From positions 124,001 to 188,000 of the forward strand of contig JAPDFW010000083.1 of the NCBI GenBank assembly GCA_028826165.1: 64,000 nucleotides of DNA, given 5' to 3'. The translations under genes were made by a program, and so were the position numbers. The notes under the pieces are model-generated. The model made no database searches and had not been told where the DNA came from. It saw only the letters and a list, made by a program, of their open reading frames with translations. Shown one piece after another: positions 1 through 13,577 of this stretch; positions within the stretch are counted from its first letter, which is position 1, and the number at the start of each line of letters is the position of its first letter. The DNA comes from Anaeramoeba ignava BMAN (Eukaryota > Protista > Anaeramoebae).

Positions 1-595
1 TTGAATTATTTATAACCGAAAAGAAAGTTGGTTCAATTTCATCAGAATCTGAATTATTTTTTAAAGAAAATTTTTGATTTTGATTTTGATTTTGATTTTG
101 TTTTTGATTTTGATTTTGATTTTGATTTTTGATTTTTGCATTTTGATTTTGATTTTGATTTTGATTTTGATTTTGATTTTGATTTTGATTTTGATTTTGA
201 TTTTGATTTTGATTTTGATTTTGATTTTGATTTTGATTTTGATTTTGATTTTGATTTTGATTTTGAATTTGTTTTTGATTTTGAATTTGTTTAAATTGTT
301 CTAATTCTTTGTTTTCTTTTTCTTTTTGAATTCTTTGTTCCTTTCTTTTTGCAATTTCAATTTCACTCAAAAATTGAATTTCTTCTGAATCAAGTGTTTT
401 TTGAGTTGGAAATGGATTGTGTTCAAGTTTCCATTTTTCTTCTTCTACTTGTTTATTTGCAACAAGTTGTTCATATAAAGGTTTTGATGATGTATTTTTT
501 GATGTATTATTTTCATCTTTTTCTTTTGGTTTTTCTGTATATTTTCCGTTATCTGAAACTAAAAGAACATTTCCACTTACAAAAGAAAGTGACAT
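1..595 (-). CDS. NIP30/FAM192A (PSME3IP1)-like nuclear protein, 3'-partial
   Basis: ATG at 595 opens a frame that runs off the window, so it is absent from the ORF track: MSLSFVSG...KPLYEQLVANKQVEEEKWKLEHNPFPTQKTLDSEEIQFLSEIE...KELEQFK, then a QN repeat. This matches the NIP30 N-terminal pattern LYEQL..NK...LD.EE..FL. Confidence 0.7.
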   Translation of the reverse strand, partial: MSLSFVSGNVLLVSDNGKYTEKPKEKDENNTSKNTSSKPLYEQLVANKQVEEEKWKLEHNPFPTQKTLDSEEIQFLSEIEIAKRKEQRIQKEKENKELEQFKQIQNQKQIQNQNQNQNQNQNQNQNQNQNQNQNQNQNQNQNQNQNQNQNQNAKIKNQNQNQNQKQNQNQNQNQKFSLKNNSDSDEIEPTFFSVINNS

Positions 596-949
596 TTTTT
601 TTTAATAACAAAATTGAAGAAAAAAAAAATGAAAATCAAAAAAAAAAACAATTTTTGTTTGAATGAATTTATTATTTTTTTTTTTGGTTCCAAATCAAGA
701 AAAGTAAAAACCATTTTTGTTATTTTTTGGAAAGAATAGAATTTGAAGTAAAAAAAAAAATCTTTTTCGTAAAATTGAAAAATGCATAAAAAATTATGCA
801 ATATTCGAATCAACAAGAAAAAAGAATCAAAAAAGAAAAAGTGGAATTTCTTGTTGGCTGAATAAATTTTAAGCTTTTGCAATATTGCAGCAGCTATTTT
901 TTTGCAGTATTTATTAAATTTATTATTTTATTTTTAAATTACAAATTAA

Positions 950-1930
950 AATTATTATTAAAATTATTATTAAAATTATTATTAAATTTATTATTAAATT
1001 TATTATTAAAATTATTATTAAAATTATATTATTAATTATTATTAAATTTATTATTATTATTAAAATTTTAGTTTTATTATTAAAATATTATATTATTATA
1101 TTTATTATTTTAATTTATTATAAAAAAATTATTATTAAATTTATTATTAAAATTATTATTAAAATTTATTATTAAAATTTATTATTAAAATTATTATTAA
1201 AATTATTATTAAAAATTATTAAATTAAATTAAAATTATTATTAAATTTATTATTAAAATTATTATTAAAATTATTATTAAAATTATTATTATTATTATTA
1301 AATTATTAAAATTATTATTAAATTTATTATTAAATTTATTATTTAAATTTAATTATTATTTATTATTAAAATTATTATTAAAAATTATTATTATATTTAT
1401 TATTAAAATTATTATAAAAAATTATTTATTATTAAAATTATTATTAAAAATTATTATTATTAAATTTAAAATTATTAAAATTATTATTAAAATTATTATT
1501 ATATTTATTATTAAATTTATTATTAAAATTATTATTAAAAATTTATTATTAATTTATTATTAAATTTATTATTATTATTATTTTATTATTAAATTTATTA
1601 TTAAAAATTATTATTAAAATTATTATTAAATTTATTATTATTAAAATTATTATAAAAATTATTTTATTATTAAAATTATTATTAAATTATTATTAAAATT
1701 ATTATTAAAATTATTATTAAAATTATTATTAAATTTATTACCCTTTGTAAATTTATTATTAAAATTATTAAAAATTTATTAAAATTAAATTTATTATTAA
1801 AATTATTATTAAAATTATTATTAAAATTATTATTAAAATTATTATTATATTTATTATTAAATTTATTATTAAATTTATTATTAAATAATTATTAAAATTA
1901 TTATTAAAATTATTATTAAAATTATTATTA
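950..1930. repeat. Degenerate ~12-bp tandem repeat (TTATTATTAAAA)n
   Basis: Direct inspection; almost pure A/T. Confidence 0.85.
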
Positions 1931-1936
1931 TAATTA

Positions 1937-2055
1937 TTAAGAAAAGAGTAATGAGTCAGGGATTTCTTTTCTTTTTTTTTTGGTTTCTTCAAAAAAAGTG
2001 AATAAATTTGATTAAAATTGCAATCAAAAATTAGAAATAAAAAAACAAAAAGAAG

Positions 2056-2086
<31 letters not shown>

Positions 2087-2415
2087 ATACCAACTACGGC
2101 GATAATCCAACAAATTAAAGTAATCCCTGCAAAAACAAAATTCATAATTGAACGAGCACGAATAACAAGAATAGCTGAAAGAACGAGAAAGACAGATAAA
2201 CCAATAACAGACATAATTAAACCAGCTTTTATTGAACTATGAACAACACTAACAATAAAAGAAATAAAGAAATAAACAAACGATCCAATTCCTCCAATCA
2301 AAAATTTCATTCCATGCTCTTTGTCTCGTAAATATTTGATAATCCCATAAACTCCTAAAAGAAATCCATAAATGAATGCTACTGCTTGTCCTGCTTGAAC
2401 TGCTCCTGATGTCAT
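1937..2415 (-). CDS. Small multi-pass membrane protein (~4 TM; weak TMEM14-like resemblance)
   Basis: Exon 1 is 2415-2091 (MTSGAVQAGQAVAFIYGFLLGVYGIIKYLRD...WIIAVV) with a GTATTT donor. The likely last exon is 1965-1937 (EIPDSLLFS*). The family call and 3' end are uncertain. Confidence 0.5.
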
Positions 2416-2823
2416 TTTTTTTTGTTATTGCTTTTTATAACTAATTTTATTTTTAATTTTTATTTTTAAAAAAGAAAGTTAAAAAAAAATTTTTTTTAAT
2501 TGATTTTCCTTTTTTTTTTCCTTTTTTTTCTTTTTTTTTACAAAATAAAAAAATGATTTTGAGAATTATTGAAAAAAAATTAAAATTAAAATTAAAATTA
2601 AAATTAAAATTAAAATTAAAATTAAAATCAAAATTAAAATTAAAATTAAAATTAAAATTAAAATTAAAATTAAAATTAAAAAATGTTTTTTGTTTATTTT
2701 TTTTGTTGAAAAAATTTTATTTTTGTTTTTAAATCTTGGTTTTCCAAATTAATTTGATTTTTTTAATTTTAAAAAAAGAGGTTTCATTAGAATTGGAAAA
2801 TAAGCAAAAAAAGCTTTCTTCTT

Positions 2824-4212
2824 CTATTTCTTTCCTGTTTTTGGTTCTATTGAACGAGTGTAAATGAGTAAAGTTGAATGTTTTGAGACTGGTTTAATAA
2901 GTCCTTTTGTTTCTAAATCAGAAATAATTTTTTTTGCTGTTCCGAGATTAACTCTCATTCTTTCTCCAACAATTGATGGAGTTATGACTTTATATTTTGG
3001 GACTTTTTATATTTAAATTTATAAACAAATTTATATTTTAAATATATATATTTATATTTATATTTATATTTATATTTATATTTATATTTATATTTATATT
3101 TATATTTATATTTATATTTATATTTATATTTATATTTTTATATTTATTTTTATTTATATTTATATTTATATTTTTATTTATATTTATATTTATATTTATA
3201 TTTATATTTATATTTATATTTTATTTTTATTTATATTTTTTATTTATATTTTTTTATATTTATTTTTATATTTTATGTTTTTATTTATATTTTATATTTT
3301 TATATTTTATTTTATTTTATATTTATATTTATATATTTTATATTTATATTTATATTTATATTTATATTTATATTTATATTTATATTTTATTTATATTTAT
3401 ATTTATATTTATATTTATATTTATTTTATATTTAATTTTTATTAATTTATATATTTATATATATTTATATTTATATTTATATTTATATTTATATTTATAA
3501 TTTATATTTATATTTATATTTTATATTTATATATTTATGTTTATATTTATATTTTATATTTATATTTATATTTATATTTATATTTATATATTTTTTATTT
3601 TATATTTATATTTATATTTATATTTATATTTAAATTTATATTTATATTTATATTTATATTTATATTTATATTTATATTTATATTTATATTTTTATATTTA
3701 TATTTATATTTATATTTATATTTATATTTATATTTATATTTATATTTATATTTATATTTTATATTTTATATTTTATTTTATATATATATTTATATTTATT
3801 TATTTTTTATATTTATGTTTATATTTATATTTATATTTTATATTTATTTATATTTTATATTTTTATTTTTTTATTTATATTTATGATATTTATATTTATA
3901 TTTATATTTAAATTTATATTTATATTTTATATTTATATTTTAAATATTTATAATTATATTTATATTTATATTTATATAATTATATTTATATTTATATTTA
4001 TATTTATATTTACCTTCTTTTAAAATTTTATCAAATGTTTCTTTTTCTAAAAGAACTGGTTTAATAACCTTCTCTCTAACTTTCCCTTTTGTCCACTTCT
4101 TTTTTTTACTTTTTTTTTGTTTGCCAAGATTTTTATCTGATTTGCCTGTTTTTCCTTTTCCTTTGCCTTTATCTTTGCCTTTATCTTTGCCTTTATCCTT
4201 TTTTGGTGGCAT
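2824..4212 (-). CDS. RPS25: 40S ribosomal protein S25 (eS25)
   Basis: Exons 4212-4014 and 3002-2824 give MPPKK...KKKKWTKGKVREK...KEVPKYKVITPSIVGERMRV...LIYTR, the hallmark eS25 motifs. The ~1 kb intron is filled with (ATATTT)n. Confidence 0.96.
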
Positions 4213-4703
4213 TTCTTTTATTAATTTATTAATTTATTAATATTTTTTTCAATATTTTTATTTGAAATAAATTAAAAACCAATTTAAATAACTTACAAAT
4301 TTAAAAAATAAAAGAAAAATGAAAAAAAAAAATTTAAAAAAAAAAATTTTTTTTTGTTTTTTTTATTTAAATTAAAATAAAAAAGGAGAAAAAAATAAAA
4401 TTAAAAAAAAATAAAAAGGAGAAAATAAAATTAAAATAAAATTTCTTTTTGTTTTTGTTTGATTTCTTATTTATTTTGTTTTTTTTTTTTTGTCAATGGA
4501 AAAAAATCAAACTTAAAATGAAAAAATTGAAATGAAAAAATTGAAATGAAAAAATTGAAATGAAAAAATTGAAATGAAAAAAAAAAAAGTAAAAAAAATT
4601 TGGTGAAAGAAAAAGATTGAGAAAGGAAACCAAACCAAACAACACCAAAAAAAAAAAAAGAAGAAATTGGAAATGTTTGTGTGTGAAAAAAAAAAAGAAG
4701 AAT

Positions 4704-5907
4704 TTATTTATTTACTAATTTTTCACTTTGTTTTTTCTTGATTCTCTCAATAACTTTTCCCCAACTGTAAAGTCCAGGTCCCATTGGAACTAATGCACCT
4801 CCTGCAGCTCCATTAACAATTCCTCCCAAAGAGCACCAGAATGAAAGTAATGCAACAATTAATAAGAAAACACCCTATTTTTTATTTAAAAAAAAAAGCA
4901 AAAAAAAAAGTTGAGAATTTTTACAAATTCCATTTTTTTTTTAAAAAAAGCAAAAAAAATAATAAATAATAAATTATAATTAATAATTACTGTAATTCTT
5001 GCATCTGTTCCATTTAAAACTTGAAGAGCAAGTGAAAGTAATGCACAAAGAATGAAGAATAAAATTGCAGGAAGAATAAAGTTCAACCCCATTGAAAAAA
5101 CGAAGACATACACTGTAAAGATAAAGAAAGAAATATCTACTGTAATGAAATAAACCAATTCGTGATGAGCATTATAATCAACATCACGAGCAGCATACCA
5201 AGTTCCAAACAAGCAAAACCAAAGCATAGAATATCCCTATTAAAATTAAAATTCATTTATAAAATTAAAATTATAATTCATTTATAAAATTAAAATTAAA
5301 ATTAAAATTCATTTATAAAATTAAAATTCATTTATAAAATTAAAATTAAAATTAAAATTAAAATCAAAATCAAAATCAAAATTAAAATTAAAATTAAAAT
5401 TAAAATTAAAATTAAAATTCATTTATAAAATTAAAATTAAAATTAAAATTAAAATTATAATTAAAATTAAAAAAATTAAATTTAAAATTAAAATTAAAAT
5501 TAAAATTAAAATCAAAATCAAATTTAAAATTAAAAATAAAATTAAAATCAAAATCAAAATCAAAATCAAAATCAAAATCAAAATCAAAATTAAAATCAAA
5601 ATTAAAAATAACTTACAATAAAGGCTGTTGCTCCAAAAACATTTGCTTTGAATGAATCATAAATACCAGCTAAGAGTTGAGCAATTGAAGGAAGCCAAAT
5701 AACCCAACCGATACGAACTTCATTTCTTTCTGAAGCTGTTCTCAAATCAGTTAAAGCAAGAACCCAAGCACCAATAGCAAGACCAAACACACCGATTGGA
5801 GCTGGATCAATGATATTTGTGACTAAACTTTTGACATCTACATGAATGATGTCTGGCTTTTTAATTTCTTTTTCAACATTGAATTCTTCGATATCGTTAT
5901 CGGTCAT
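4704..5907 (-). CDS. GPR1/FUN34/YaaH (SatP/Ady2) family acetate channel, copy A
   Basis: Exons 5907-5617, 5236-4991 and 4874-4704. Motifs DPAPIGVFGLA (family NPAPLGL), QLLAG...NVFGATAF.GYS..W and C-terminal VPMG. Confidence 0.9.
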
Positions 5908-7179
5908 TTTAACTTTAATTTTATATTAGAATTTTAATTTTAATTATTTTTATTTTTTTAGTTATGCAAAAAAAAGGTAAAAAGATTTTTAATTTAATTT
6001 TTAATTGTAATTTTTAATTTAATTTTAATTTAATTTTTAATTTAATTTTAATTTTTAATTGTAATTTTTAATTTAATTTTAATTTTATTGTAATTTTTAA
6101 TGTAATTTTTAATTGTAATTTTTAATTTTAATTTGTAATTTAATTTTTAATTAAAATAAAAAAGGAGAAAAAATTTTTGTTAAATTATGTTAAATTATTT
6201 TAAATTATTTTTATTTTGCGTTATTTTGTGTTTTTTAATGATTTATTTTTATTATTGTTATTGTATTTTGTTTTATTTTTTTTATTAGAAATTTTTTAAA
6301 AGGTGAATTTGAATTATTATTTTATTTTGTTAATAGGGGATGAAAAAAAATTTTTTTTTGGTAAATTTTATTTATTTTATTTTTATTTAATTTTTTTTTT
6401 ACATTAAATATGGCGGTGTAAAAGAAAAATGAATTTGCTTCTTTTTTATTTTTTTTATTTTTTTTATTTTTTTTTATTTTTTTTACTTATTTTTTTTTTC
6501 TCGATCAAATTTGCTTTATTTTATTTTATTTTACTTTATTTTATTTTATTTTATTTTATTTTATTTTTTTTTTATTTTATTTTATTTTTATTTATTAAAA
6601 AAAATTTTTTTTTTTTTGTTATTTTAAATAAAAAAAATTAATAAAAAAAAAGGGTTAAAAATTTAATTAAAAATTTTAACAGAAAAAAGCAAAAGTAGAT
6701 CGGAATTCTTTTTCTTTAATCAAATTTACTTAATTTTCTTTAATTTATTTTTGTCATTCTTATTAAAATTAAAATTAAAACTAAAACTAAAAAAAAATAA
6801 TTTTATTTCATCAAAAAAGCAAAAATTACTAAATATTTCTTTTTTAATTAAATTAATAAATTAATAAATAAATAAAAAGCAATTTTGTTTTCAATTTAAT
6901 TTTTATCCCTTTTTTCTTTTAATTCTCTCTTTTTAAAATGATCAATTTTAATTATTTTTTAATTATTTTTTAATTATAAAAACAAAACATAATGAGTTGG
7001 AAATATTTCTGAAAAAAAAAATATAAATTTCCAATTTATTAAAATCCATTTTCTTTCTTCTTATTTTTTAAATTTTCTATCTTATTTCTTCGATCTATAT
7101 TTTTAAATTATTAACAAATTTTAACCCAAGTATAAATCAACAAAATCACAACAAATTTTAATTTAAAGAAAACTTTTGA

Positions 7180-8910
7180 TTCAATATTCAATTCAATATT
7201 ATTCAATTCAATATTCAATTCAATATTTAATTCAATATTCAATTCAATATTCAATTCAATATTCAATTCAATATTCAATATTCAATTTAATATTCAATTC
7301 AATATTCAATATTTAATATTCAATTCAATTCAATTCAATTTAATATTCAATTTAATATTCAATGTTCAATTCAATATTTAATATTTAATTCAATATTTAA
7401 TATTTAATTCAATATTTAATTCAATATTTAATTCAATATTCATATTCAATTCAATTCAATTCAATTCAATTCAATTCATTCCAATATTCACCAATTTAAT
7501 TCAATTCAATTAAATATTTAATTCAATTTTTAATTCAATTCAATATTCAATTCATTTGAATTTAATTTGAATTCCAATTATTTTTTCAACATTCAATTCA
7601 ATTCAATTCAATTATCAATTCAATTCATATTATTTAATTAAATTCAATTTATTCAATATTTCCAATATTCCATATTCAATTCAATATTTTTTAATTTTCA
7701 ATTCAAATATTCAATTCAATATTTATTCAATATAATTATTACCCAATATTTAATATTCAATTTCCAATATTATTCACCCAATTCATTATTCAAATAATAT
7801 TCAATTCCAATATTCAATATTTAATTCAAATTCAATTCAATATTTAATTCAATATTTCAATTTTATTTTTAATTCAATTCAATACTCAATTTTATTCAAT
7901 TCAATATTCAATCAAAATTCAATATTCAATTCAAAATTCCCGAAAAATTTAATTTTATTCAATATTCAATATTTTAAATTCAATATTGGAATCATTCAAT
8001 TTCGATTTCAAAATTAATATTTATTTTCAATTTATTATTCAATTCAATATTATATAATTTATTTTCAATATTTAATTCAATAAATTCAATATTCAATTCA
8101 ATTCGTAAAAATTCAAAAAATTTCAATTCAATTCCAATTCAATTCCAATTCAAATTTTTTATTTGGATTTATTTATTTAATTCAATATTTATTTATTTTT
8201 GTTCTCAAATTCAATTCAATATTTTTCAATATTCCAGTTCATTCGTCAAATTCAATTCAATATTCAACAAAAATTCACCATTCAATATTCCATTCACCAA
8301 TAAAATTTCAATATGAATTAAATCCAATATTCATTCAAAAATTCATCCCAATATTCAGAATTAAAATATCAATATTAATTATTAATTATTTTTAATTATA
8401 AAACCCAAAAATTCGATTTATTTTCCAAAATTTAAATTCAATATTATTCAATTCATTTTCTTTCTTATTCAATAAAATTCAATTCTATAAATATTCAATT
8501 ATTCCAATATTAAACCACCAAATTCAATTTCAATAATTATCAAATTCAATATTTAATTTCCATTCAATTCAATTCATTATTCAAATTAAAATTAAATATT
8601 CAATTTAAATTTAATATTCAATTAAAATTCAATATTCAATATTCAATATTCAATTCAATTTCAAAATATTTATTCAATTAATATTCAATTCAATATTTAT
8701 TTAATATTCAATAAATATTCAATTCAATATTCAATTTCAAAATTCAATTCAAATTCATTCAATATTTAATTCAATATTCAATTCAAATCAATTCAATTCA
8801 ATTCAATATTTAATTCAATATTTAATTCAATTTAATATTTAATATTTAATTCAATATTTAATTCAATTCAATTCAATTTAATATTTAATTCAATATTTAA
8901 TTCAATTCAA
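7180..8910. repeat. Degenerate (AATTC)n/(AATTCAATATTC)n satellite with a noisy centre
   Basis: Units are regular at both ends and heavily scrambled in the middle. Confidence 0.8.
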
Positions 8911-9034
8911 AGAGAATCGCGTTTTCTGTTGTTTTATTTGATTTCGAAAAAACGTAAAACAAAAATCAAATTGAAAAAAAAAAGTTGAAGAAAAAGGAAA
9001 AAAATTAATTTGGAAAAAAAAAGACGAGCAAAAA

Positions 9035-11373
9035 TTAATTCAAATTAATTTTTTCGTTTAATTTTTCTTCTTGTTTCTTTTTAAGGTTTATTATTACTTC
9101 ATCCCATTTCCATAATCCAGGTCCCATTGGAATTAAATTACCACCTGCAGCTCCATTAAATATTCCTCCCAAAGAGAACCAAAATGAAAGTAATGAAATG
9201 ATCATTAAAAATGTTGCCTTTTAAAATTAAAATTCATTTATAAAATTAAAATTCATTTATAAAATTAAAATTCATTTATAAAATTAAAAATTAAAATTAT
9301 AAAATACATTAACTTTAGGACTTATTCCATTTATAATTTGGAGAGCACAAGAAAGTAATGAACCAAGAATGAAGAATAAAATAGCAGATAAAACCAAATT
9401 AATACCTAATGCAAAAGCAAGCTCATAAATTGTAAATATAAAGAAACAAATATCAACCACAGCAAAATAAAGGAATTCATGTTCAGCTTTATAATCAACA
9501 TCACGAGCTGCATACCAAGCACCAGTCAAACTAAACCAATAAAAAGCATATCCCTAAAATACAAAATAAATATTAATATTAATATAAATATAAATATAAA
9601 TATAATTATAAATATAAATATAAATATATAAATATTTAAAATATAAATATTTAAAATATAAATATAAATATAAATATAAATATAAATATAATTATAAATA
9701 TAAATATAAATATATAAATATAAATATAAATATAAATATAAATATAAATATAAATATAAATTAAAAATTAAAATTAAAATTAAATAAAAATATAAATATA
9801 AATATAAATATAAATATAAATATAAATATAAATATAAATATAAATATAAATATAAATATAAATATAAATATAAATATAAATATAAATATAAATATAAATA
9901 TAAATATAAATATAAATATAAATATAAATATAAATATAAATATAAATATAAAATAAAATATAAAACATAAATATAAATATAAATATAAAATATAAATATA
10001 AATATAAAATATAAATAAATATAAATATAAATATAAATATAAACATAAATATAAATATAACATATAAATATAAATATAAAATAATATAAATATAAATATA
10101 AATATAAATATAAAATAAACATAAAATAAAATATAAAACATAAAAATATAAACATAAATATAAAAAATATAAATATAAATATAATTATAAATAAATATAA
10201 AATATAAAAAAACATAAATATAAATATAAATATAAAAATAAATAAAATATAAAAATATAAAAATACATACATAAAATAAAAATATAAATATAAATATAAA
10301 ATATAAAATATAAACATAAAACATAAAACATAAAATAAAATATAAAATATAAATATAAAAATATAAACATAAACATAAAAATAAAAAATATATAAATAAA
10401 ATAAAAATAAACATAAATATAAATAAAATATAAATATAAACATAAACATAAACATAAAAATATAAATATAAACATAAAAACATAAAATATAAATATAAAT
10501 ATAAATATAAAATATATAAAAATATAAATATAAATATAAATATAAATATATAAAATAAAAAATATAAATATAAATATAAACATAAATATAAAATATAAAT
10601 ATAAATATAAATATAAAATATAAATATAAAGAATAAAAATAAATATAATATAAATATAAATATAAATATAAATATAAAAATATAAATATAAATATAAAAT
10701 ATAAATATAAATATAAATATAAATATAAATATAAATATAAATATAAATATAAATATAAATATAAATATAAATATAAATATAAAAGAATATAAATATAAAT
10801 ATAAATATAAATATAAATATAAATATAAATATAAATATAAATATAAATATAAATATAAAAAATTAAAGAAAAAGAAGAAAGACACCCAAAAAATTAATTA
10901 ATCAAAAAAAGTGGATTAATTAAGAAAGTATTGAAAATGATTGAATTTTGATTAAGAGATTAATCATAAATAAAATTATTTTTTCTACAACACCAAAAAC
11001 AAAAAAAAAGGAAAAAAGAAACCAAAAAAAATTCCCAATACAAGAGAGAATGAATTAAAAAAAAAACCAAATAAAAACTTACAACAAAAGAAGTAGCACC
11101 AAAAACATTTCCCCGAAAAGAATCATAAAAACCAGCTAAAAGTTGAGCAATTGAAGGAAGCCAAGCAATCCAAGCAATACGAACTTCATTTTCACCAGAA
11201 GCAGTTCCAAAATCAGTCATTGAAAGAATCCAAGCACCAATAGCAAGACCAAAAACACCAATAGGACTTGGATCAATTATATTGTTTGTCATACTTTTTA
11301 TGTCAACATCAATAATATCTGGTTTTTTGATTTCTTTTTCAACATGAATTTCATCATAATGGTTTTCGTTCAT
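9035..11373 (-). CDS. GPR1/FUN34/YaaH (SatP/Ady2) family acetate channel, copy B
   Basis: Exons 11373-11083, 9553-9308 and 9217-9035. Exons 1 and 2 have the same lengths (291 and 246 nt) and phases as copy A. Motifs DPSPIGVFGLA and GNVFGATSF.GYAFYW. Confidence 0.9.
9560..10860. repeat. Intronic (ATAAAT)n microsatellite
   Basis: Fills intron 1 of the copy B acetate channel gene and generates the spurious YI/LY/FI ORFs. Confidence 0.9.
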
Positions 11374-11655
11374 TTTCCTTTTTTATTTATTTTTTTAAAT
11401 GTAAGTTAAATTTTATTTAAAAAGAAAAAAAAAGAAAAAAAAGAAAAAGAAAAAAAAAAAAAAGAAAGAAAAGAAAGAAAGAAAAAGAAAGAAAGAAAAA
11501 AACCGTTTCTTACTTATTAAAAAAAAATTTAAATGGATTTTTAATTAATTTGAGAAAGAAAGAATGAAATTTAAAAAACTAAAAAAAATTTTTTTTTTAA
11601 TTTAAAATAATAAAATAAAAAATAAATCTTTTTTTTTTATTTTTTTTTTGATCAT

Positions 11656-11979
11656 TTATTTTTCATTTAATTTATTTGTTTTTATTTGAGTTTTTTTTTT
11701 CAATCCAATTCTTTCTTTTCTTTTTTCAGCTTTTTCTTTTGGATTAATAATTTGTTTTTCAATATTCATTGAAATATTTGATTCTAAATTTTCATTTTGA
11801 TTTTCATTTTGATTTTCATTTAAATTTTCATTTAAATTTTCATTTAAATTTTCATTTTTTGTTTGTAATTTTTTCTTTTGATTTTTTGCAAATTTTTGTA
11901 AAATTTCATTTCTAGATTCATCATATTCATAAATATCTTCTTGTTGAAGAATAATTCTTGTTGGTTCTCTTCTAATCAT
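11656..11979 (-). CDS. CDC26: Anaphase-promoting complex subunit CDC26/APC12
   Basis: N-terminus MIRREPTRIILQQEDIYEYDE matches the CDC26 signature MLRRxPTRLEL..DDI.EF. Small protein with a low-complexity tail. Confidence 0.8.
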   Translation of the reverse strand: MIRREPTRIILQQEDIYEYDESRNEILQKFAKNQKKKLQTKNENLNENLNENLNENQNENQNENLESNISMNIEKQIINPKEKAEKRKERIGLKKKTQIKTNKLNEK

Positions 11980-12039
11980 TAAATAAGGAATTTTGAAAAC
12001 AAAAAATGAAAAAAAAAATGAAAACTTTTTTTGATAAAT

Positions 12040-13540
12040 TTATTTTGAAATTAATATTGAAATTAATATTTAAATTTATTTTGAAATTAATATTGAAATT
12101 AATATTGAAATTAATATTGAAATTTATATTGAAATTAATATTGAAATTAATATTGAAATTAATATTGAATTTAATATTTAAATTAATATTTAAATTAATA
12201 TTGAATTTAATATTGAAATTAATATTTAAATTAATATTGAAATTAATATTGAAATTAATATTTAAATTAATATTGAAATTAATATTGAAATTAATATTGA
12301 AATTTATATTTAAATTAATATTGAAATTGATATTGAATTTTATATTTAAATTAATATTGAAATTAATATTTAAATTAATATTTAAATTTATATTGAAATT
12401 AATATTGAAATTAATATTGAAATTAATATTTAAATTAATATTGAAATTAATATTTAAATTAATATTTAAATTAATATTTAAATTTATATTGAAATTAATA
12501 TTGAAATTAATATTGAAATTAATATTGAAATTAATATTGAAATTAATATTTAAATTAATATTGAAATTAATATTGAAATTAATATTGAAATTAATATTGA
12601 AATTAATATTGAAATTAATATTTAAATTAATATTGAAATTAATATTGAAATTAATATTTAAATTAATATTTAAATTAATATTTAAATTAATATTTAAATT
12701 AATATTGAAATTAATATTTAAATTAATATTTAAATTAATATTTAAATTAATATTTAAATTAATATTTAAATTAATATTTAAATTAATATTTAAATTAATA
12801 TTTAAATTAATATTTAAATTAATATTTAAATTAATATTTAAATTAATATTTAAATTAATATTGAAATTAATATTGAAATTAATATTTAAATTAATATTTA
12901 AATTAATATTGAAATTAATATTTAAATTAATATTGAAATTAATATTTAAATTAATATTGAAATTAATATTGAAATTTATATTGAAATTAATATTGAAATT
13001 AATATTGAAATTGATATTGAAATTTATATTGAAATTAATATTGAAATTGATATTGAAATTAATATTGAAATTAATATTGAAATTAATATTGAAATTAATA
13101 TTGAAATTAATATTGAAATTAATATTGAAATTAATATTGAAATTAATATTGAAATTAATATTGAAATTAATATTGAAATTAATTTTGAAATTAATATTGA
13201 AATTAATATTTAAATTAATATTGAAATTAATATTGAAATTAATATTGAAATTAATATTGAAATTAATATTGAAATTAATATTGAAATTAATATTTAAATT
13301 TATATTGAAATTAATATTGAAATTAATATTGAAATTAATATTGAAATTAATATTGAAATTAATATTGAAATTAATATTGAAATTAATATTGAAATTAATA
13401 TTGAAATTAATATTGAAATTAATATTGAAATTAATATTGAAATTAATTTTGAAATTAATATTGAAATTATTTAAATTAATATTTAAATTAATATTGAAAT
13501 TAATATTGAAATTAATATTTAAATTAATTTTGAAATTGAA
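12040..13540. repeat. Near-perfect 12-bp tandem array AAATTAATATT(G/T), >120 copies, intergenic between the COPB1 stop and CDC26
   Basis: Direct inspection; translates as the spurious (KLIL/KLIF)n 526-aa ORF. Confidence 0.95.
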
Positions 13541-13577
13541 ATTGAAATTGAAATGGAAATGGAAATGGAAATGGAAA

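Noticed and set aside
7450-8600. Hidden gene or RNA in the scrambled centre of the AATTC satellite
   Set aside because: No ORF, almost no G on the + strand and no recognisable structure. Most consistent with a decayed repeat or low-quality consensus.
9526-10885. Long overlapping YI/LY/FI ORFs (also at 3537, 23152, 25969, 35683-36775, 39511, 45417-46428 and 58292)
   Set aside because: Hexamer microsatellite read-through in introns, or antisense/off-frame to NQ/NE coding tracts.
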